From NCBI GenBank assembly GCA_030390025.1, contig CM059431.1:123506001-123570000 (forward strand): a stretch of DNA of 64,000 bases. Reading direction: 5' to 3'. The position numbers and the translations under genes were made by a program. Under the pieces are notes generated by a model, which searched no databases, was not told where the DNA came from, and saw nothing but the letters and a program-made list of their open reading frames with translations. Position 1 is the first letter of the stretch. The number at the start of each line of letters is the position of its first letter. The stretch comes from Squalus acanthias. Taxonomy: Eukaryota. Below are positions 22,803 through 35,760 of the stretch, in pieces.

Positions 22803-25707
22803 TAGGGAATGGTAGCATAGTGGTAATGTCACTGGGTTAGTAATCCAGTAGGCCTGGACAATGATTCCATGAGACGTGAGTTCAAATCTCACCACGGCCG
22901 CTGGGGAATTTAAATTCAGTTAATTAAATAAATCTGGAATAATTACTAGTATCAGTAATGGTAACCATGAAACTATCGGATTGTCGTAAAAACCCATCTG
23001 GTTCACTATTGTCCTTTAGGGAAGGAAATCTGCTGTCCTTACCTGGTCTAGCCTATATGTGACTCCAGACCCACAGCAATGTGGTTGACTCATAACTGTC
23101 CTCTAAAATGGCCCAGCAACCACTCAGTTGTAACAAACTGCTATGAAAAACAATAATAAGAATGAAACCGGACAGACCACCCAGCATCGACCTCGGCACT
23201 GGCTACGGATATGGCAATGGCACACCCAACCCAATCGAATCTGCAAAGTCCTCCTCACCAACATCTGGGGAATTGTGCCAAAATTGGGTTGCTGTCCCAC
23301 AGACTAATCAAGCAACAGCCTGACATGGTCATATTCATAGAATCATACTTTTCAGCCAATGTCCCAAACTCCTCCATCACCATCCCTGGGTATGTCCTGT
23401 CCCACCAGCAGGACAGACCCACTAGGGGTGGCAGCACAGTGGTATACAGTCGGGAAGGAGTTGTCGTGGGAATCTTCAACATTGACTGAGGACCTCATGA
23501 AGTCTCATGGCTTCAGGTCAAGCATGGGCAAGGAAACCTCCTGTTGATTACCACCTACTGCCTTCCCTCAGCTGATGAATCAGTACTCCTCCATGTTGAA
23601 AACCACTTGGAAGAAGCACTGAGAGTAGCAAGGGCACAGAATGTACTCTGGGTGGGGGACTTCATTGTCCATTACCAAGAGTGGCCCGATAGCACCACTA
23701 CTGACCGAGCTGGCCAAGTCCTTAAGGACATAGTTGCCAGTCTGGGCCTGCGACAGGTGATGAGAGAACCAACACGAGGGAAAAAACTACTTGACCTCAC
23801 CCTCACCAATCTACCTGTCGCAGATGCATCTGTCCATGACAGTATTAGTAGCAGTGACCACCGCACAGTCATTGTGGAGACAAAGTCCCGTCTTCACACT
23901 GAGGACACCTTCCATCGTGTTGTGTGGCACTACCTCCGTGCTAAATGGGATAGATCCAGAACAGATCTAGCAGCTCAAAACTGGGCATCCATGAGGCGCT
24001 GTGGGCCATTAGCAGCAGCAGAATTGTACTTGACCACAATCTGTTACCTCATGGCCCGGCATATCCCTCACTCTACCATTACCATCAAGCAAGGGGACCA
24101 ACCCTGGTTCAATAAGGAGTGTAGAAGAGCATGCCTCAGCAGCACCAGGCGTACCTACAAATGAGGTGCCAACCTGGGGAAGCTGCAACACTACATGCAT
24201 GCTAAAAAGTGGAAGCAGCATGCTATAGACAGGACTAAGCAATTCCACAATCAATGGATCAGATCAAAGCTCTGCAGTCCTGCCACATCCAGTAGTGAGT
24301 GGTGGTGGACCATTAAACAACTAACGGGAGGAGGAGGCTCCATGAATATCCCCATCCTCAATGATGGTGGAGCCCAGCACGTGAGTGCAAAAGACAAGGC
24401 TGAAGCGTTTGCAGCCATCTTCAGCCAGAGTGCCGAGTGGATGATCAATATCGGCCTCCTCCTGCGGTCCCCACCATCACAGAAGCCAGTCTTCAGCCAA
24501 TTCGATTCATTCCATGTGGTATCAAGAAATGGCTGAGCGCACTGGATACAGCAAAGGCTATGGGCCCTGACAACATCCCAGCTATCGGGCAAAAGACTTG
24601 TGCTCCAGAATTAGCTGCGCCTCTAGCCATGCTGATCTAGTACAACTACAACACTGACATCTATCCGACAATGTGGAAAACTGCCCAGGTATGTCCTGTC
24701 TACAAAAAGCAGGACAAATCCAATCCAGCCAATTAACGCCCCATCAATCTACTCTCAATCATCAGCAAAGTGATGGAAGGTGTCATCGACAGTGCAATCA
24801 AGCGGAACTTACTCACCAATAACCTGCTCACTGATGCCCAGTTTGGGTTCCGCTAAGACCACTCAGCTCCCGACCTTATTACAGCCTTGGTCCAAACATG
24901 GACAAAGGAGCTGAATTCCAGAGGTGAGGTGAGAGTGACTGCCCTTGACATCAAGGCAGCATTTGAACGAGTGTGGCATCAAGGAGCCCTAGTTAAACAG
25001 AAGTCAATGTGAATTGGGGGGGAAAACTCTCCACTGGCTGGAGTCATACCTAGCACAAAGGAAGATGGTTGTGGTGATTGAAGATCTATCATCACAAACC
25101 CAGGTCATCGCTGCAGGAGTTCCTCAGGGCAGTGTCCTAGGCCCAACCATCTTCAGCTGCTTCATCAATGACCTTCCCTCCAACATAAGGTCAGAAATGG
25201 GGATGTTCGCTGATGACTGCACAGTGTTCAGTGCCATTCATAACTCCTCTGATAATGAAGCAGTCCATGCCCACATGCTACAAGACCTGGATGACTTTCA
25301 GGCTAGGGCTGATAAGTGGCAAGTAACATTCACGCCACAGAAGTGCCAGGCAATGACTATATCCAACAAACGAGAGTCTAACCACCGGCCCTTGACATTC
25401 AATGGCATTACCATCGCCGAATCCCCCACCATCAACGTCCTGGGGGTCACCATTGACAAGGGCAGCAGGCGCATGGGAATACCACCACCTTCAAGTTCCC
25501 CTCCAAGTCACACACCATCCTGACACGATCCTTCATTGTCGCTGGGTCAAAATCCTGGAACTCCCTACCTAACAGCACTGTGGGAGTACCTTCACCACAC
25601 GGACTGCAGCGGTTGAAGAAGGCCACTCATCAACACCTTCTCAAGGGCAACTAGGGATGGGCAATAAATGCCGGCCTTGCCATTGCCGGAACAATTTTAA
25701 AAAAAAA
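22803..25707 (+). mobile_element. CR1-group LINE family A, 5'-complete with a tRNA-derived head, single APE-RT region (decayed), internal deletion at about 25458
   Basis: A-box-like TAGCATAGTGG and B-box GAGTTCAAATC at 22813-22890. APE coding begins at about 23250 (QPDMVIFIESY, PGY, DRPTRGG). RT motifs GVPQGSVLGP and MFADD. A-rich tail at about 25699-25707. Confidence 0.88.
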
Positions 25708-28039
25708 CCCATGGCATTATTTTGAAGAAGAGCAGGGGAGTTATCCTCGGTGTCCCGGCCAATATTTATCCCTCAATCAACATCACAAAATCAGATTATC
25801 TGGTCACTATTACATTGCTGTTTGTGGGAGCTTGCTGTGTGCAAATTGGCTGTAGCGTTTCCTACATTACAACAGTGACTAGACTTCAAAAAGTATTTCA
25901 TTGGCTGTAAAGCGCTTTGGGCATCCTGAGGTCATGAAAGACGCTATATAAATGCAAATCTTTCTTTTTTTATATAAATGATGTTTGATGCTGATCCCTC
26001 AGACCTGTTGTGCAGTATGCTTATACTGACAGTGCATTGCTGTTCTTATGTGTGCACAGTGGTAGTTCTCAATGTTCTATTATGGTGTGTACTTCCTTAC
26101 AATCCATCTGCTTGCAATTGTATTTAAAAAGCTCTGCAGCACTCAGTTTCATTATATTATCAGCATTGTTGAAATACATTTAAACTGTATAATTACACAA
26201 TGGCTACTGGGAACAGCAGCTTATAGTAATCAGCAGAATAGCTAATTATTCAACTACGCATTGTCCATTCGTGCAATTGATTTGAATCATAGATGGCTGA
26301 AACTGTGACTTATAAACTAGGATTTAGGTGTAGCATTTATAGTGGGTACTTGTTACAGCATTGAAATTCAGAATAACAATGTTTTACTACAGAAGTTTCA
26401 GTTATCAGGATGAACAACGTCCTCATTATCTGTTGCCAGGCTTATTGTTGAAACTACAGTAGATGTATTCATGTGAAAAATGAAAGTGAGAACAACTCCA
26501 GATATGCATTGTTTCATGCCACTGCTAGTAAAGAAATGATATAGAAAAGAACTCAATGCAAATCAGACATAAGTAGTTTTTGTTTAAGTAGCCAGAAGAT
26601 AGATAAGTAAGGGGTTGTCATTTCTATCTTAACTTACAGTTTGTAATGCTATTGTTGAGTCAGGGAATGAAACCAATATGCAGAGGGCCTATTCGGAAAT
26701 GGAACACAACTCTTTTGGAATAACATTTTTGAGATACAGTATATGAGTAATTCGAGACATGACATGTGGTAAGTATAGCATGCTTGGGAGGAACAGGTGA
26801 CTTTGGCACTATGTTTCCTAAAGGTTTCCTCCAGTGGGGTTCTCCTCACCTCACATCTGGGTCTATTGTAGACTGATTGATAGAGATTGATTGCTATGAT
26901 TAGTCAACAACGTCGTTATCATTGTACCTTGGACTATCAGGATGGTAGAAGGTGGACTAGATGGACCTTGGTCTTTTTTCATCCAGCAATTCTTCTGTTC
27001 CTGTATAAATTATTATTACTACAGTAAAGCATCTTGTATACAAATGTGAAAAAGTTGAGAAACAGTATTGCCACAAAGTGCTGCAGTACTGTTACAAGGT
27101 GAAATGTAGATGGAAATATATGTACAACATGGCAGGAGATATTTTGAGACAACTGTTGCATTTTAATTGGATTTGGATTACAAGGCATTTGTCATTATGT
27201 ATAAAAAATAATCTTTTGAAAAAACTTTCCAACATATCTGGTGAAATTCTAATTCAGGCATGACTGGTTTGCTAAGAAATGATTTGCTTTCACAGTAATT
27301 AAAACACGGGAGATAGGCTGTCGTAGCAAGGTCGGCTGTACATGGCTGCTAGGCAATGGAAATAAATTAGGATAATTTTCAATTTTTTTATGAAGTTGAT
27401 TAAAAAATCTCTGTTGGAAACATGAACCCAATGGCAAAACTTTGCAAAGTGTGTTCCTGTGATAAAAAAAACACAACACAGTGGTGAATCCCTGCAGGGA
27501 AAAGGAATGTGGCGAAGTGTGTGAGAAATTAGAGCATTGCAGCAAAGGAAATCACTATAAGAAATGAATCTCACTTCCTTGGGAGAAACAAGGGTATTGC
27601 AAATACTGTAACTAAATGCAAAAACCTCAGCAAAAAAGGACAGCCACACAGTGAATAAACTGCTGGAAAGAGGAATATTTTTGTGTTTGAGTTTCTGTAA
27701 CCAGAAACGACAGGATCACAATAGATTCTTTAAAGGAAACATTGTAAAAAGTTGCTGTGAAACATTGGGAAATACTATATTGTTGAGGCTGCCGTGAAAC
27801 ACGAATTAAGGCTGAATCCATTTGTGTTGAACAAGAGACTTTTTAATCACAGCATGGCACAAAATGGCAGAACCGAAAAACTCCCAGAATTCTCTGGGTA
27901 AAACCTGAGGCCCCGCCCCCTCCTGCCTTAAAGGTAAGGTGCCGTAAAGGGAAGGGGCTGGAAATTTGTCCACAGACGGAAGAGTGGATTATGCTCGTTT
28001 TAGGTGGCGATCCGCCACACAGCTCCCACCAGAATCCGC

Positions 28040-31000
28040 TTAGGTGGTGTGGACGAGACGGTGCGGCGGTCTGATGGGCCGGCCGGAGCGGCTCTTGTAG
28101 GACGCCGGTGGACGTGGAATGGCCGGGCGTGGAGCAGCCGGGTGAACCGGCTTGAGGGCAGGTCGGCCACGTGGAGGTGGACGAGCTACAGGGACCTGCT
28201 CACCGGGCTCCGAGTGTGCTGGCTTGAGTCGGTCAACCAACACTTTTTCGGTCCTGTCGCTCACCTGCAGGGTGAAAAATTTGTCCCCAGCCTGTAGCAC
28301 CTTGTAGGGCCCGTCATACGGGGGTTGAAGGGGTCCGCGGTGGGCGTCGTGCCGGACGAAAACAAACCGTGCCTGGTGCAGGCTTAGTGGGACGTGTGAG
28401 GTGGATTCGCCGTGCCGGGCAATGGGCACCGGGGCGAACTGCAGCGCCGGTGAGGCGAAGTCCTGGCGTTGCTGGTCGGCTGACCAGGGTGTCGTGGCGG
28501 TGGGCAGGAACTCGCCGGGTACGCGCAGCGGCTGACCGTACACGAGATCTGCTGCCGATGCTTGGAGGTCTTCTTTAACCGCAGTGCGCAGGCCGAGGAG
28601 GACCCACGGAAGGCGGTCGGTCCAGGCGCCGTCTTGGAGGCTGGCTCGAAGAGATGCCTTCAAGGATCTATGGAACTGCTCACACAGTCCGTTGGCTTGG
28701 GGGTGGTACGCTGTGGTGCGGTGAATGGTCACCCCGAGATTGCGTGCGACGGCGGTCCAGAGTTCAGAGGTAAATTGCGGACCTCTGTCCGACGTCATGT
28801 CAGAGGGGACACCGAACCGTGCGACCCAGGTGCTGACGAAGGCTCTGGCGATGTCGGCGGTGGTGGTAGAGGTCAGTGGAATTGCCTCAGGCCAGCATGC
28901 GGTGCGGTCAACGATGGTCAGCAAGTGCGTGTGGCCTTGCGACGGCGGCAGGGGCCCAACGATGTCCACGTGGATGTGGTCGAATCTCCGCGAGGGGACG
29001 GTAAACTCCTCGAGGGGTGCTTTCGTGTGTTGCTGTACCTTGGCCCGTTGGCAGGCTAGGCAGGAGTTGGCCCAAGTACGCACATCCTTGCGAAGGCAGT
29101 GCCAGACGAAGCGGTTGGCTACCAATTTGATGGATGCGCGGGCGCCGGGGTGGGAGAGGTTGTGGAGAATGTCGAATACCCGGCGGCGCCAGGACGCTAG
29201 GACGACGGGCCGAGGTTGACATAGGGATATGTCGCACTTGACCGTGACAGCTGTCGGGCCACAGGCGACGTCGGCCAGGCGTAGCCCTGGTAGGTTGGTG
29301 GGTGCGGAGAGCAGATCAGGGTCGGTGATCTGGTCTGCTGCGAGTTGAGTGTAGTCGACTGCTAGGTGTGCCACGTAGATGGCAGGGCGAGAGAGGCAGT
29401 CGGCTACCACATTGTCTCGGCCGGAGACGTGTTGGATGTCCGTGGTGAACTCGGACACTGCCGCGAGCTGGCGCTGCTGCCTGGCGGACCAGGGGTCGGT
29501 TGTCTTTGCCATTGCGAATGTCAGGGGCTTGTGGTCGACAAACGCAGTGAAGGGGTGGCCCTCAAGCAAAAACCGGAAATGGCGGACCGCCAGGAACAGC
29601 GCGAGGAGCTCGCGGTCGAAGGTGCTGTACTTGACCTCCGGGGGGGCGTATTTGGCGGCTGAAGAAGGCAAGTGGTTGCCAGGTGCCGTCGACCCACTGC
29701 TCATACACGGCGCCGACCGCGTGGTCGGAGGCGTCCGTGGTGAGCGCTACCCTGGCATTGGGCCGTGGGTGCGCGATCAGGGTGGTGTTGGCGAGCGCGG
29801 TCTTGGTGGAATCGAAGGCGGCGGACGCGTCTGCCGTCCATTCGACCGCCATCTTGCCGCTCCTGCCCCGGAGGGCTTCATACAGCGGCCTCATGAGGGA
29901 CGCCGCTTTGGGATGAAGCGGTTATAGAAATTCACCATCCCGAGGAACTCCTGGAGGCCTTTGATGGTGGTGGGGCGGGGAAATTGTTGGACGGCCTGCA
30001 CCTTGGTGGGCAGGGGAATGGCCCCAGCATGGGTGATGTGGTGGCCGAGGAAGTCGATCTTGTCCAGGCCGAACTGGCATTTGGCTGGCTGAGGATGAGC
30101 CCGTGGTCGCGGAGGCGCCCGAACAGGATGCGAAGGTGTTCGAGGTGTTCCTGCTTGGAGGAACTGGCTACCAGGATGTCGTCCAGGTAGATGAACAGGA
30201 ACTTCAGGTCCCGAAGGACCGAGTCCATGAGCCGTTGGAATGCCTGGGCCGCGTTTTTGAGGTCGAAGGGCATCCGCAGGAACTCGAACAGGCCGAAGGG
30301 GGTGATTACGGCCGTCTTGAGGACGTCCGCGGGGTGGACGGTGACTTGGTGGTAGCCGCGCACCAAGTCGACCTTGGAAAAGACTGAGTGGCCGGCCAGT
30401 CTAGCCGAGAAGTCCTGAATGTGCGGCACGGGGTACCGATCAGGGGTGGTGGCATCATTGAGGCGGCGGTAATCCCCGCAGGGGCGCCAACCTCCGCCTG
30501 GTTTGGGGGCGATGTGGAGTGGGGAGGCCCAGGGACTGTTGGAGCGGCGGATGATGCCGAGCTGTTCCATGGTGGCAAACTCGGTCCGCGCGATCTCCAG
30601 TTTGGCCGGGTCCAGCCTGCGGGCGTGGGCGTACACTGGGGGGCCTGTGGTGGGGATGAAGTGTTCCACCCCGTGTTTGGCGGCCTCCGCGGAGAAGGTC
30701 GGATTGGTAAGTGCTGGGAATTCGGCCAGGAGTGCCGAGTCGTCATCCGTGGCCCGGGCGTGGCACTGTGACGCCATGTCGGCGGGTTGACGGGGGGCCA
30801 TGGCGCCCAGGATGGGGGACATGGTGTTCATGTCCACGAGGCGGTGACGAGGGATGTCTACCAGTAGGCCGTGGGCGCACAGGAAATCTGCGCCGATGAG
30901 GGGGGAGAGCAACTTGGCAGTCATGAACTCCCATCGGTAGCAGTGACCAGCGAGGTCGAGGGTGACTGTCCGGGTGCCATACGTCCGGATTTCCGAGCCG

Positions 31001-31851
31001 TTAGCAGCAGCCAGCGCCGGTCCTTGTTCGCCCTTTTGGATGTCGAGGGAGGAGGCCGGGATGATGCTGTGCTGAGCCCCAGTGTTGCACAGGAACCGGC
31101 GGCCGGTTTTGTCATCCGTGACGAACAGCAGGGAGCCCACGTGGCCCACGGCCATCGCGGGTGCTGGAACGGGGGCGGACTTGAAAGAGCAGGGAGTTGT
31201 GTACCGTTGTGCCCTGGCGCCGAACCGTGCGTGGTAGTAACAGTGGCCCGGGTTAGTGGGGCGTGAAGGCCCCGTGGGCCTGGTGACAGGCCCTTGTGGC
31301 CGCGTGGTGGCCGGTGAGGGGCGCGCCCAGGCATTGGCTGCCAGGTCCGGAGTGACGTCGCGGCTGGAGTGAGTGGACAGCAGCTTGTCGGCCTCATCGG
31401 CCAGGGCTTCCAGGTTCATGAGGCCGGACGCCACGATCGCTGGGCGGATGCTGAGAGGGAGCTGTCGGATGAACAGCGTGTGGAAGAGGGATCTGGGTGG
31501 GCTCTCGTCGGTGAGGGAGAGCATGTGGGAGAGGAGGTCTGACGGTGAGGCATCACCGAGGCCTGGAAGGTCGAGGAGGTGGCAGTTTCGCTGATATGCC
31601 GAGGCTGTAAATATTTTAAGGAGCGCTGTCCTGAGATGTGCATACTTGCCTTCCTCTGGTGGGTTCTGCAGTGTTGTCCAAACCCTGGAAACTGTGGCGC
31701 TACCGAGTGATGTGACGAGATAGTCGTACTTCGTCCCATCTGCGGTGATATTTTGCAGCCAGAAGCGAGATTCAGCTTGGAGAAACCAGGCTTCGGGCTG
31801 GTTTTCCCAAAACTCCGGCAGTTTCACGGAAACTGCGTTCGTGTCTGCCAT
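28040..31851 (-). pseudogene. gag-pol: gag-pol polyprotein (Gag, protease, RT, RNase H, integrase) broken by frameshifts
   Basis: Gag VKLPEFW...AWF.QAE and a CHCC-like motif CYYHARFG..A.RY..PC; protease FLCNTGA (catalytic D appears as N); RT YLDD; RNase H TDAS and YSTFDRELLA; integrase H..SH/C..CQ, DIVGP, SDRGPQF, YHPQANG and GPY. Split across ORFs 29932..31851, 29562..29894 and 28040..29704. Confidence 0.92.
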
Positions 31852-31876
31852 TGCAGTGCTCGGAATACGTTCTGAG

Positions 31877-31890
31877 CGTCGGGGTCACCA
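31877..31890 (-). promoter_or_regulatory. Primer binding site complementary to tRNA-Trp
   Basis: TGGTGACCCCGACG starts after a 1-nt spacer following the 5' LTR and matches the 3' end of vertebrate tRNA-Trp. Confidence 0.88.
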
Positions 31891-32172
31891 ATGTTGAGGC
31901 TGTGGCGAAACACGAATTAAGGCTGAATCCATTTGTGTTAAACAAGAGACTTTTTAATCACAGCATGGCACAAAATGGCAGAACCGAAAAACTCCCAGAA
32001 TTCTCTGGGTAAAACCTGAGGCCCCGCCCCCTCCTGCCTTAAAGGTAAGGTGCCTTAAAGGGAAGGGGCTGGAAATTTGTCCACAGACGGAAGAGTGGAT
32101 TATGCCCGTTTTAGGTGGCGATCCGCCACAATATCAGGAGCTCAGCAAACCTTTCAGAACTATCAAGAAAAT

Positions 32173-32263
32173 TATCTATCTATCTATCTACCTATCTGTC
32201 TATCTATCTGTCTCTCTGCCTGCCTGTCTGTTTGTCTATCTATCATCTATCTTTTATCTATCT
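32173..32263. repeat. (TATC/TGTC)n microsatellite
   Basis: Directly visible in the sequence. Confidence 0.9.
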
Positions 32264-32340
32264 ACTGTGGAATACTGATCAGGCCACCTGTACTGAACGT
32301 GTTGAAGCAGCTCTTGCTCACTCACAAACTCCATCTTGCA

Positions 32341-35300
32341 ACAACAACAACTTGTATTTATATAGCACCTTTAACATAGTAAAATGTCCCAAGGCGCTTC
32401 ACAGGAGTATTATAAGATAAAACATTTGACACCGAGCCATATAAGGAGAAATTAGGGCAGGTGACCAAAAGCTTGGTCCAGGAGGTAGGTTTTAAGGAGC
32501 ACCTTAAGGGAGGAAAGAGAGGCGGAGAGGTTTAGGCAGGGAATTCCAGAGCTTAGGGCCTAGGCAACAGAAGGCACGGCCACCTATGGTTGAGCGATTA
32601 TAATCAGGGATGCTTAAGAGGGCAGAATTAGAGGAGTGCAGATACCTTGGGGGGTTGTGGGGCTGGAGGAGATTACAGAGATAGGGAGGGGCGAGGCCAT
32701 GGAGGGATTTGAAAACAAGGATGAGAATTTTGAAATCGAGGCTTTGTTTAACTGGGAGCCAATGTAGGTCAGCGAGCACAGGAGTGATGGGTGAATGGGA
32801 CTTAGTGCCAGTTCGGACATGGGCAGCTGAGTTTTGGATCACCTCAAGTTTATGTAGGGTAGAATGTGGGAAGCCAGCCAGGAGTGCGTTGGAATAGTCA
32901 AGTCTAGAGGTAACAAATGCATGGATGAGGGTTTCAGCAGCAGATGAGCTGAGGCAAGGGCGGAGACAGGCGATGTTACGGAGGTGGAAATAGGCAGTCT
33001 TAGTTAAGCCGTGGATATGTGGTCAGAAGCTCATTTCAGGGTCAAATATGACACCAAGGTGGCGAACAGTCTGGTTCAGCCTCAGACAGATGTTAGGGAG
33101 AGGGATGGAGTCAGTGGCTAGGGAAAGGAGTTTTTGGTGAGGACCGAAAACAATGGCTTCGGTCTTCCCAATATTTAATTGGAGAACATTTCTGATCATC
33201 CAGAACGGAATGTCGGACAAGCAGTCTGACAATTTAGAGACCGTGGAGGGGTCGAGAGAAGTGGTAGTGAGGTAGAGCTGGGTGTCGTCAGCGTACATGT
33301 GGAAACTGACACTGTGTTTTCAGATGATGTCGTCAAGGGGCAACATGTAGATGAGAAATAGGAGGAGGCCAAGGATAGATCCTTGAGGGATACCAGAGGT
33401 AACGATGCGGGAGCGGGAAGAGAAGCCATTGCAGGTGATTCTCTGGCTATGATTAGATAGATAAGAATGGAACCAGGCGAGTGAAGTCCCACCCAGCTGG
33501 ACAACGGTGGCGAGGCGTTGGAGAAGGATGGAGTGGTCAACCATGTCAAAGGCTGCAGACAAGTCAAGAAGAACGAGGAGGGATAGCTTGCCTTTGTCAC
33601 AGTCACAAAGGATGTCATTAGTGACTTTAATGAGAGCCGTTTCGGTACTGTGGCAAGGGCGGAAACCTGATTGGAGGGATTCAAACATGGAATTGGGGGA
33701 AAGATGGGCACAGATTTGGGAGGCGACAACACGTTCAAGGACTTTGGAGAGGAAATGGAAGTTGGAGATGGGGCGGTAGTTTGTAAGGACGGAGGGATCA
33801 AGGGTTGGTTTTTTGAGGAGAGGGGTGATGACGGCAGATTTGAGGGAGAGGGGGACAGTACCTGAGGAGAGAGAACCATTAACAATGTCAGCTAACATGG
33901 GAGCCAGAAAAGGAAGTTGGGTGGTCAGCAGTTTGGTGGGAATAGGGTTGAGGGAGCAGGAGGTTGGTCTCATGGACAAGATGAGTGCTGAGAGGTCATC
34001 AGGGGAGATCGGAGAGAAACTGGAGAAAGATGTGAGTTCAGGGCTAGGGCAGGGGGAACCTTAGATGAAGTTTGGCCTGGGCTAGGGGAAGGAAGGGAAG
34101 TGGCAGAAGCAGCTGAATGGATGGTCTCAATCTTAGAGACATAGAAGTCCATGAGCTCCTCACACTTGTTGTCGGAGGTGAGGGTGGAGGAGACAGAGGA
34201 GAAGGGTTTAAGAAGACGGTTAGCAGTGGATAATAGAAGCCAGGCTTTATTTTTTAATTCCAAAATGATTCTGGAATAGTGAGCAATTTTGGCAGACGAG
34301 AGCAGGACGCAATAATGCTTTATGTGCTCCAGCCAGATCTGGCAGTGAATGGCTAATAATCAGTTCTCCGCCATATCCGTTCAAGTCTGCGTCCCTTGGA
34401 CTTAAGGGAGCGAAGATGAGGGCTGTACCAGGGGGAACGGTCAGGGTGAGAGAGTAATTGTTTTAATAGGGACTGGGGCATCAAAGGTGGTGGCAAGGGT
34501 CTGGATGAGCAGATCGGTAGCTGCAGAAATTTCATGGTAAATGGAGAGCCAAAGGCTGAGCATTTGGGATTTCATAAGTGCAGTTGTAAAAGAGTTGGGA
34601 GAGCGTTATTTCCAGGGGCGGACATAGAAGGAAGTAGGGTTGGGCGGGGTGGATGGAAGGGGGCTGTGGGTGAAGAGCGATATGAGGAAGTGGTCAGAGA
34701 TGGCCTTATCTGCGATTGACATGATGGGAGTAGCGAGGCCACGAGAGATGGCAAGATCGAGGGGGTGGCCGTGAATATGGGTTAGGGAGTTTACATGGAG
34801 GGAGAGATTAAGGGAGGATAGGAGGCTAGTGAACTCAGAGGAGAGAGAGGATGATGAATTGAGATGGAGGTTGAAATCACCGAGGATGAGAAGTCATTCG
34901 GTGCAAAGGCTGAGGGAGGAGAGCAGGGAAGATAGCTCGGTAAAATTTTTTTATGGTACTTGGGTGGGTGGTAGAGAATGAGAATTTTAAATGAGAGGTG
35001 AGAGGGTGGAATAAGGTGAGATGCTCAAAGGAGGAGAAAGTGCCGGAGGAGTAAGGGGACAAACCAAGTTGTGATTTGGTGATGAGAGCCACACCGCCAC
35101 CACGGCGGTCTGAGCGGGGCAAGTGGTGGAAGGTATAGCCAGGTGGGGAGGCTTCATTTAAGGGTAAGGTGTCATCACCCCTTAGCCAAGTTTCCATCAG
35201 GGCCATGATGTCAATGCAATCATCCACAATAAGCTCATGGATGGCAAGGGCCTTGTTCGCAAGTGAACGGACATTCTGGAGGGAGATGCGGAGAGGGTCG

Positions 35301-35760
35301 GTGATGGCGGATCCACAGCCAGTATCCACAGGGTCAGTGCTGGAGGGGATGAGTTGGATGGGGCGGATATTGGCAAGATTTGCCCCCAGTGTGCGCGCTG
35401 GGTGGGAAGCTCAGCAAGAGAGTAGGATGGGACAATTGGGGTTGCTGCTCATGAGGAGGCAGCGACGAGTGCCTCGATGGGCCCTTCGTAGGATGCCAAG
35501 AGAGGCACAGAGGGAAGCTGTAGGCTTATCTAAGAGGGAGTCATGGCAACATGTAGGCTTATCTAAGAGGGAGTCATGGCAACATGTAGGCTTATCTAAG
35601 AGGATGGCAACAGGAGAGTAGGAAGGTCGAAGAGTAATGAAGGATTGGGGTAGGGATTTGGGAGGGCAGAGTATCCGAGAGAGGAGAGATGAAAGGAGGC
35701 ATGACGACAGGAGAGAGCAGTCAGGGAGGGATAGAGAGAAAAGAAGAGGGAGAAAAAGTG
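32341..35760 (-). mobile_element. L2-clade LINE, decayed APE-RT
   Basis: APE LQNVRSLANK, ETWL, RRGGGVALI; RT NYRPISN, LLDLSAAFD, GIPQGSILG, MYADDTQLY; C-terminal L2 motif LHWLPV; (TTG)n tail. The 5' boundary is approximate. Confidence 0.9.
35519..35612. repeat. 33-bp tandem repeat, about 2.8 copies
   Basis: Unit tgtaggcttatctaagagggagtcatggcaaca. Confidence 0.9.

Larger units (their letters stand above)
21984..25975 (+). mobile_element. One Deu-domain tRNA SINE split into three pieces (about 21984-22027, 22651-22801, 25708-25975) by two LINE insertions
   Basis: The pieces concatenate into a copy colinear with 52875-53350: A box, B box, Deu core and L2-like tail. Confidence 0.85.
27781..32130 (-). 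mobile_element. Full-length Gypsy LTR retrotransposon, CsRN1-like lineage
   Basis: 239-bp LTRs at 27781-28019 and 31892-32130 (TG...CA, about 6 differences by eye). 4-bp TSD atat. PBS and PPT present. Confidence 0.95.

Noticed and set aside
22803..22900. tRNA-like sequences (also at 5400-5490, 44705, 52875, 60669 and 62658) as tRNA genes
   Set aside because: They continue into SINE/LINE bodies and lack a proper acceptor stem and terminator; they are retroposon heads.
28004..31594. Many plus-strand and alternative-frame ORFs over the Gypsy element
   Set aside because: Shadow ORFs expected in GC-rich coding DNA; no recognisable motifs.
35519..35612. 33-bp repeats as a CRISPR-like array
   Set aside because: Head-to-tail copies without spacers, in a eukaryotic LINE 5' region.
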